Shown: positions 26,918-32,375 of the stretch, piece by piece
How positions within the stretch are numbered: position 1 is the stretch's first letter
Layout of the letters: the number at the start of each line of letters is the position of its first letter
Program-made: the position numbers and the translations under genes
DNA from: a virus
Taxonomy: Duplodnaviria; Caudoviricetes
DNA: 32,375 nucleotides
Reading direction: 5' to 3' (one strand)
Virus record (IMG/VR): IMGVR_UViG_3300021066_000062
Span: 1-32,375 of that record
Notes under the pieces: model-generated
The model's input: the letters and a program-made list of their open reading frames with translations, nothing else
The model's database searches: none
What the model was told of the DNA's origin: nothing

Positions 26918-27210
26918 TGCGTGTCCTTGCGTGTCGTCCTATGTGTCCTGGCCCACCCCGCGATCCACCCCCGGGACACATAGCGAACACATGGCGGCGT
27001 GTTTTGGCGTTTCGTCCGCGTGCGGTTGCGTCTCTCGCGCGAGCCGCGCATCCCGAAAAGGTGCAGGGATGCCCGGCCTAACCCCCGTCCACCGACCTAC
27101 CTCGATTTAAGTGGCTTGAGCCAGTCCTAGGCGTTCCACCCCCAACATGCTAGGGTTGCCTGGTCGCGAGACACATACAGGCCACATAGCCAGGGGGCGG
27201 CGCACATGGG
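26918..27210. other. Candidate attP region with integrase arm-type repeats
   Basis: CACATRS repeats at 26977, 26988, 27172, 27183, 27203 and an inverted copy at 26939-26948; paired copies 11 bp apart; directly upstream of the integrase. Core site not identified. Confidence 0.5.
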
Positions 27211-28492
27211 GAACCGAGGCGAAGGGGTATCGGTGGTGTCGATGGCGGCGGGCAAGTGGAAGCTCCGCTGGCGTGAGCGCGTCGACGAACGGTGGGCATC
27301 GAGGTCGCTCACGGTGGAGGGCGACAAGCTCGAGGCCGACCGGCTGCGGGTCGAGATCTTGACCGCGCTCCGCACGACCGGGCGCTACGACCCCCGCGCC
27401 TCTGCCCTGCTCGCACCTGAGGACACTGCGCCGGCCGACCTGGCGAAGCTGCTCGAGGACTGCATCAACGCTCGCACGAAGGCCGGGAAGTACCGCGGCA
27501 ACACGTCCGCCACCTATGGCGCGTACCGTCGCAGGTTCCTCGGGAGCGTCCGCGAGCTCGAGGGCCTAGGCGAGAAGGAGTCCGTGCCCGTCACCCTGCT
27601 CAGGCGCGAGCTGTTCGAGCGGGTCCACGCGCAGGACGCCGCGCGAGGAGCCGCGCAGGTGATCGCCTACGCGCCCTGTCGGTTCGTGCTGGACGCGTGG
27701 CGCTGGGCCCACGACGCCAACGAGGAGGCGGAAGCCGCGGACAGGTCGCCGCCGTGGCACCGCCTCCCGCCCGCGCCGCGCTCGGGGCGCGACTACCTCC
27801 CGCGCACGCCCCGCTACGGGCGAACGATCGCGCCGTCCCTGGCGCACGTCGACGCCGTGCTGCGCCGGCTCCGGGCGCGCGGGAAGGTGAACCACGGCAC
27901 GCGCATCGCCGCGCTGCTGATGCGGTTCACCGGCCTCCGCATCGCGCAGGTCTTCGGGATCTTGCGAGAGGACGTGGACCTCGCGGGCCGACAGCTCTAC
28001 GTGCGGGTCGGCAAGACCGACGCCGAGAAGGCGGACGCGCGAACGGTGCCGCTCTCCCGTCACCTGCTCGCCGAGCCCGGGTTCCGCGATTGGGTGGAGA
28101 GCTTCGAGGCTGGCTCGATCTTCCCGAAGCGGTCGCACCTGCAGCGCAAGGAAGGCAGCCGGGGGCGTGGAGCCGGCGACACGCTCCGCGCCGTGTGGGA
28201 GGAGGCGACGCAGGCCGGAGAGGTCCCACGTCACGTGTGGGCGCCGCCGAACCGCAGGCACGCACGCCCCGACCACGCATTCCGGGCCGCGTTCCAAGCG
28301 CACCTCGAGGAGCAGCGGATCTCGGGCGAGGTGATCGACTTCCTCGTCGGCCACGAAGGCGGCATCCGCGAAGTGCACTACGGCCGCGATCTGCTCAACG
28401 CCGCGACGGCCGCGGTCGACGCGATCCCGCCGGTGGACTGGACGGGGCCGCAAGCACCAGGGAACGTGGTGCAGCTCCACGCGCGAGCGTGA
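27206..28492 (+). CDS. int: Tyrosine recombinase/integrase (428 aa)
   Basis: Catalytic set R (FTGLR), K (VGKT), HxxR (HAFR), H (LVGH), Y (EVHY); N-terminal GKWKLRWRE arm-binding-like domain. Confidence 0.92.
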   Translation: MGNRGEGVSVVSMAAGKWKLRWRERVDERWASRSLTVEGDKLEADRLRVEILTALRTTGRYDPRASALLAPEDTAPADLAKLLEDCINARTKAGKYRGNTSATYGAYRRRFLGSVRELEGLGEKESVPVTLLRRELFERVHAQDAARGAAQVIAYAPCRFVLDAWRWAHDANEEAEAADRSPPWHRLPPAPRSGRDYLPRTPRYGRTIAPSLAHVDAVLRRLRARGKVNHGTRIAALLMRFTGLRIAQVFGILREDVDLAGRQLYVRVGKTDAEKADARTVPLSRHLLAEPGFRDWVESFEAGSIFPKRSHLQRKEGSRGRGAGDTLRAVWEEATQAGEVPRHVWAPPNRRHARPDHAFRAAFQAHLEEQRISGEVIDFLVGHEGGIREVHYGRDLLNAATAAVDAIPPVDWTGPQAPGNVVQLHARA

Positions 28493-28493
28493 G

Positions 28494-28799
28494 CTATCGC
28501 TTCGCCCTGCGGAGCGCGCGCGGGGCGAGCAGCTCGGTCCACCACTTCCGCGCCTCGGCGGCATCGGCGAAGTAGGGCGTCTTCCCGGGGTCGATGTCGG
28601 GGCGCGCCAGCCGGCGCCGCTTCACGGTGTCGTGCGAGACGCCTAGCACCTCGGCGACGGCGAGCCACGAGGTGAGCGGGCCCTCGGGTGGTGCGCCGAC
28701 CGTTCGGAGCTTGGCCTCGAGGCGGGCGGCGAGCCTGTCGGCCAACCGGTCGGCGAGCCGGTCGAGCTCCTCGTCAGGCAGGCGCTCGGCGGCGCTCAC
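28494..28799 (-). CDS. Excisionase-like HTH protein (101 aa)
   Basis: GTGA-coupled start; PLTSWLAVAEVLGVSHDTVKRR HTH; convergent with and adjacent to int. Confidence 0.7.
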   Translation of the reverse strand: MSAAERLPDEELDRLADRLADRLAARLEAKLRTVGAPPEGPLTSWLAVAEVLGVSHDTVKRRRLARPDIDPGKTPYFADAAEARKWWTELLAPRALRRAKR

Positions 28800-29017
28800 G
28801 GCGCACCCCCGGGCGCGACGTCGAGGGCATGGAGGCGACACCACTCCCCGAGTGCACGCGCGAGCTCGGCGGCCACGTCCGCAGTGACCTCCACCTCGAC
28901 CGTGCCTCCGGCGATGTGGGGAAGGTCGAGCCACACCCCGTTGGGGTCGTAGTGCCCAGGGCCGATCGCGATGTAGTAGCCCTGGGCTACCTCGATGCGC
29001 GTCACGAGCGCTTTCAT
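28796..29017 (-). CDS. Hypothetical protein (73 aa)
   Basis: ATGA/GTGA coupling in the early operon. Confidence 0.6.
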   Translation of the reverse strand: MKALVTRIEVAQGYYIAIGPGHYDPNGVWLDLPHIAGGTVEVEVTADVAAELARALGEWCRLHALDVAPGGAP

Positions 29018-29220
29018 CGCGAGCCCCGGCAGGTGCACACATGCCCCCTCACCTCCAGCATGCCGGCCGGCTGACATGCGCGAGAACACGCCTCGGTCGC
29101 CTCAAGCCGCGCTCGCTGCGCCCGATCGGCCCACGCGTCCTGTCGTGCTTGGATCTCGTCGTGGTCGATGCAGCCAGCGAGCAAGGCGAGCGCGAGCGCG
29201 GCCACGAGCTGGGCGGTCAT
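29014..29220 (-). CDS. Small lipoprotein (68 aa)
   Basis: GGAGGTG RBS; signal peptide with LAGC lipobox; C-terminal CxxxC...CxC. Confidence 0.7.
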   Translation of the reverse strand: MTAQLVAALALALLAGCIDHDEIQARQDAWADRAQRARLEATEACSRACQPAGMLEVRGHVCTCRGSR

Positions 29221-29534
29221 GGCGTCACCTCCACCGGCACGTTCTTGCCGGTCTGCGTTCGAAAGCACGGTTCGCAGAAGTGGAAGTCGTCGTCGAGCCG
29301 CCTGCCGATGGTGGCCATGAGCTCGGCGGGCGTCCGTAGACCGATCGGCACGTCGATTGCGCACTCCTCGCACAGCTCGCGGTTGCAAGGGATCATGCTC
29401 CCTTGCCTGGTGCCGTCGCACAAGATCGTGCTCGTGCGCTCGTTGCAGGCCTCGCATCGGGGGGCCGGGCGCTGTGTCGTGCAGAGAAACCCGCGGATCT
29501 CTCCGTCGAAGGCGCGGAAGGGGCGGCATGTCAT
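29217..29534 (-). CDS. Cys-rich zinc-finger protein (105 aa)
   Basis: GGAGG RBS; CEAC, LCD, CNRELCEEC and FCEPC. Confidence 0.75.
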   Translation of the reverse strand: MTCRPFRAFDGEIRGFLCTTQRPAPRCEACNERTSTILCDGTRQGSMIPCNRELCEECAIDVPIGLRTPAELMATIGRRLDDDFHFCEPCFRTQTGKNVPVEVTP

Positions 29535-29549
29535 GGGCCCTCCCGATCC

Positions 29550-29803
29550 TCGGCGCTCACGGCCGCACCCCGCGCCCCGGCGCGCACCAGCATGTGTCGC
29601 CGCTGTTGGTGCCGTAGCTCAACACGATCGAGTCGCGCCCGCGGCAGGCCGTCGCGCAGCTGCCGTCGTCGGCAACCTCGCGCCACGTGGTGTGCCCTGG
29701 GGCCAGGAACAAGCTGGCGAACACCAGGACAATCCCAAGGAGGCATCCTCCCAGGATGGCGCCAACGGCGAAGTCGAAGCCTTCGGCGCTCACGGCCGCA
29801 CCC
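29550..29803. repeat. 21-bp perfect direct repeat TCGGCGCTCACGGCCGCACCC flanking one gene
   Basis: Copies at 29550-29570 and 29783-29803; near-copy at 28790-28809. Confidence 0.85.
29557..29793 (-). CDS. Small membrane-anchored Cys protein (78 aa)
   Basis: GTGA-coupled start; N-terminal transmembrane segment then CATAC...CWC. Confidence 0.65.
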   Translation of the reverse strand: MSAEGFDFAVGAILGGCLLGIVLVFASLFLAPGHTTWREVADDGSCATACRGRDSIVLSYGTNSGDTCWCAPGRGVRP

Positions 29804-30725
29804 AAACGGCCGCCTCGGACGCGAACTTCACCGCGTTCTGGCACATCGCGTTCTCGTCGCGCCGCCCAGCGGCGTAGCCGCGCGAGTACGGGCAGTCGCC
29901 CGGGCACTCGCACGCGTCGACGTCACCGACGCACGAGCGAAGGCGCTTGAGCTCGGCGGCGATGCGACGGATGTTCGCCTCGAGATCGCCTTCGTCCAGG
30001 CGGACCCGGAGCCTTTCGTTGTCGGTGCGCGCCTTGTCGCGATCCCAGCAGGCGGCTTCCAGCTCCGATTGAAGGTTGCCAGCCATCGCCGTCAGGAACT
30101 CGATCCGCTGCACCCGGTCCCCCTCGGACCGGGTACGGCCCTCGCCGCCGAGGCCGAGCGCCTCGTCGATTGCGGCGAGCTCGGCGTGAGGGTCGGGCCT
30201 GGCCCCTTCGCACCCCGCCAGGATCCGCGCGAAGTGGGCGAGCTTCCCCTGGAGCTCGGCGATCTTGATCGCCCGGTCCCCCGGGCTCCGATCAGGGGCG
30301 CCGTACAGGCCGAGGGCGCCGTCGATCTGGGCGAGCTCGGCGAGGAGCACCTTCACCGCATCCGCGCGCGTGCCACCCTCACGGAAGGGCTCGAGCAGCT
30401 TGTCGAGCAGCTCGATCTCGTCCGCCACCTTGGCAGCCACCGCCACGACGTCCTCCCCTTCGGGCACGTCGAGCATGTCGGCGACCACGTCGAGCTGCTG
30501 CGCGGCGCGGCCGAGGGTCCCGTTCGCCACCTCGGCCGGGTAGTCCGGCACCGTCCGCCCGTGCTGGGCGTAGATCGCGATCGCCATCAACGCGTGCCGC
30601 TTCGCCACGTCCTCGAGCCAGGCCCGCTCCTCGACCGTGAGGCCGTTGCCAGCGCGGGCAAGCTTGCTAAGGGTGACCACCAGGTCTGTCAGCTCCCGAG
30701 CTGCCTTCTCGCGATGGGCGCTCAC
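29790..30725 (-). CDS. Hypothetical coiled-coil protein (311 aa)
   Basis: GGAGGT RBS and GTGA coupling; internal repeat AELAQIDGALGL / AELAAIDEALGL; C-terminal Cys cluster. Confidence 0.75.
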   Translation of the reverse strand: MSAHREKAARELTDLVVTLSKLARAGNGLTVEERAWLEDVAKRHALMAIAIYAQHGRTVPDYPAEVANGTLGRAAQQLDVVADMLDVPEGEDVVAVAAKVADEIELLDKLLEPFREGGTRADAVKVLLAELAQIDGALGLYGAPDRSPGDRAIKIAELQGKLAHFARILAGCEGARPDPHAELAAIDEALGLGGEGRTRSEGDRVQRIEFLTAMAGNLQSELEAACWDRDKARTDNERLRVRLDEGDLEANIRRIAAELKRLRSCVGDVDACECPGDCPYSRGYAAGRRDENAMCQNAVKFASEAAVWVRP

Positions 30726-31348
30726 GCGACCTCCCGAGCCAGCTCGACGCTCTCGGTGGCCACGGGCGCGGGCGCTGGCTCCATCCGCCTCAGCGTCCAG
30801 GGCTTGCCAGCCGCTTGCGCGCGCAGCGCCTCGTCGAGCATGTGGTGCAGAACCGCCGGCTCGACCCCCTGGGCGACGCGCACGAGCACGGCAACGCCCG
30901 CGTGTGCGACATCCTCGGGAGTAGGCTCCGGCTCCGGGGCTGGCGGAGGCGGGGGTGGCTGGCGCGCCAGGTCATCGAGCACCGGCTTGCGTCGGCGACG
31001 CGGCCTGCCGAGCGGGTTCGTGACCCCGCACTGCTCGAGCGCCTCGATCGCATTGTCTTCCACCCCGAGCTCGAACCCCGACGCGAGGGCGGCCCACAGC
31101 TTCGGCGGCAGACGGCCGGTCCACTGCTCCATGCGCTCCGACTCGGCCGTCCACTCGGCGAGGACCTGGTCGTAGGTCAGGCCTCCCATGGCCGTGTTCC
31201 AGCTCTCGGGCCCCTCGGCGGCCTCGATGTCGAGCAGCGCTCGGTGCTGCGCTCGCGCGAGTTCGAGCGCGTGTTCGCGCGTGCGCCCGAGGTGGAAGCC
31301 GCCAGATCCGTCGGCGGCGAAGAGGATGGTGAGGGCGACGGACTTCAT
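30722..31348 (-). CDS. Hypothetical protein (208 aa)
   Basis: GGAGGT RBS, ATGA coupling, GC3 bias. Confidence 0.75.
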   Translation of the reverse strand: MKSVALTILFAADGSGGFHLGRTREHALELARAQHRALLDIEAAEGPESWNTAMGGLTYDQVLAEWTAESERMEQWTGRLPPKLWAALASGFELGVEDNAIEALEQCGVTNPLGRPRRRRKPVLDDLARQPPPPPPAPEPEPTPEDVAHAGVAVLVRVAQGVEPAVLHHMLDEALRAQAAGKPWTLRRMEPAPAPVATESVELAREVA

Positions 31349-32364
31349 GGGGTACCTCCGGCGGGCGGCGGGGCGGGGAAGAGAGGGGTCGCGGGGATGG
31401 GGAGCGCGGCATCACGAGGGCGGCCCCAGACCCGGTAGAAGTTCCCGACCCCGCGTCGGCGCTTCTCCTTGGGCATGACCTCGATCCGCCAGATCACGTC
31501 CCCGTCCGGGATGTCCCGGTCCGAGTGCCTGGTGATGAACCGCCCGAGCTCGAACGAGTCGAACTCGCCGTCCGGCCCGGGCGCGATGGCGCGCAGACCT
31601 TCGTGCAACATCCGGTCACGCCGGGCGCGCTCGACCAGGTTGCTCGCGAGGAACCAGTCGTGTTGGAAGACGAGGAACGCGCTCGACGCGAGCCAGCGCT
31701 CGTCCGTTCGCTTCTGCCAGCGCAGCTTCGGCTGGTCGTCGAAGTAGCGGCGGCTGGCGATCTCGGCGATCTGCTCGTCGCGCTGGTCGCTCCGCGCCTG
31801 GTGCTCGGCCAGCTTGGCTTCGAGGCGTGCCCAGTACTGGGCTTCGCGACGCTCGGCCGCGTCGTTCAGCGTCGTCGCCAGCGCAGCGAGCTGCACGGGG
31901 GTGACGGCCTGCGTCGAGATCTGCGCCTGGCCGTCGAGCATCTGCGGGATCACGACCTGGGCGAGAACCTTCCGGAGCCGACGGCCTTCCTCCGTCCGGC
32001 ACAGCAGGCACGCCACGATCGCGGCATCACGTCGGATCAGCATCAGGGAGGGGGCGCGACTCGGCACTCCAAGCGTGCCGAGTTCCTTAAGAAGGCGAAG
32101 CTCCGCGCCTTTAACGACGCGCGGCGGGCACACGTCTCGGATCTCGTCGGACCAGTCGGTGGTGATGCTGGTCACGAACCGGTCCGCGACCGAGTGCCCG
32201 CAGGACTCGGCAACCTGAAGGGCAACCAACCACGGCTCGGGGTCGTCGGGGAACCAAACCGCCGACAGGCTGCCGTCGTCGAACGGGATCAAGGACTGCT
32301 TGAGCCGCACGCGCTCAAGGGCGGGCTGGAGCTCCGCAGGCCTGTTGTCGCGGGGCTCGCTCAT
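31345..32364 (-). CDS. BRO-N domain antirepressor-like protein (339 aa)
   Basis: IPFDDGSLSAVW...EPWLVALQVAESCG and CRTEEGRRLRKVLAQVVIPQM match BRO-N boundaries; early-operon position. Confidence 0.7.
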   Translation of the reverse strand: MSEPRDNRPAELQPALERVRLKQSLIPFDDGSLSAVWFPDDPEPWLVALQVAESCGHSVADRFVTSITTDWSDEIRDVCPPRVVKGAELRLLKELGTLGVPSRAPSLMLIRRDAAIVACLLCRTEEGRRLRKVLAQVVIPQMLDGQAQISTQAVTPVQLAALATTLNDAAERREAQYWARLEAKLAEHQARSDQRDEQIAEIASRRYFDDQPKLRWQKRTDERWLASSAFLVFQHDWFLASNLVERARRDRMLHEGLRAIAPGPDGEFDSFELGRFITRHSDRDIPDGDVIWRIEVMPKEKRRRGVGNFYRVWGRPRDAALPIPATPLFPAPPPAGGTP

Positions 32365-32375
32365 GCCTCACCCCC

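Larger units (their letters stand above)
1..32375. mobile_element. Temperate podovirus-like bacteriophage/prophage segment (packaging, head, short tail, ejection, lysis, integration and early modules)
   Basis: Order TerL-portal-scaffold-capsid-adaptor-nozzle-ejection proteins, M15 endolysin, tyrosine integrase, BRO-N protein; dense ATGA/GTGA/TGATG gene coupling; no tape measure or sheath gene; no host genes seen. Confidence 0.95.

Noticed and set aside
25921-27081. ORFs crossing the palindrome region
   Set aside because: No RBS or coupling, no codon bias, low-complexity translations; the region reads as non-coding.
27000-27170. tRNA fragment or dif site as att core
   Set aside because: No convincing T-arm/CCA or XerC/XerD consensus visible by eye.
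27206-28492. Protelomerase or integron integrase
   Set aside because: Motifs and N-terminal arm-binding-like domain fit an ordinary phage integrase; no integron-specific insertion was recognised, and the palindromes are short and multiple, unlike a single long telRL site.

Overview
The whole window is part of a very GC-rich, apparently temperate tailed-phage genome with podovirus-like (P22/T7-style) architecture; no host housekeeping genes are visible. The + strand carries a translationally coupled late region: two small candidate anti-defence genes (one Tad2/DUF2829-like), hypotheticals, terminase large subunit, portal, Zn-ribbon protein, scaffold, major capsid, cement protein, tail adaptor, tail nozzle, three short fibre-like paralogues, three ejection/internal proteins (up to 1524 aa), further virion genes, and a scattered lysis region (holin-like, lipoprotein, M15 endolysin) ending in a DUF4258-like gene. 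A ~960-bp non-coding interval (26242-27205) follows, then an intact tyrosine integrase. A convergent - strand early operon contains a BRO-N antirepressor-like gene, small membrane and Cys-rich genes and an excisionase-like HTH gene. The most unusual element is the non-coding interval. It holds eight 28-bp palindromes with fixed geometry and near-constant ends but different, self-complementary inner arms, a central block of ~23-bp tandem repeats, nested long-range complementarity, and integrase arm-site-like repeats. All protein assignments come from motif recognition and gene order by eye; no database search was run.
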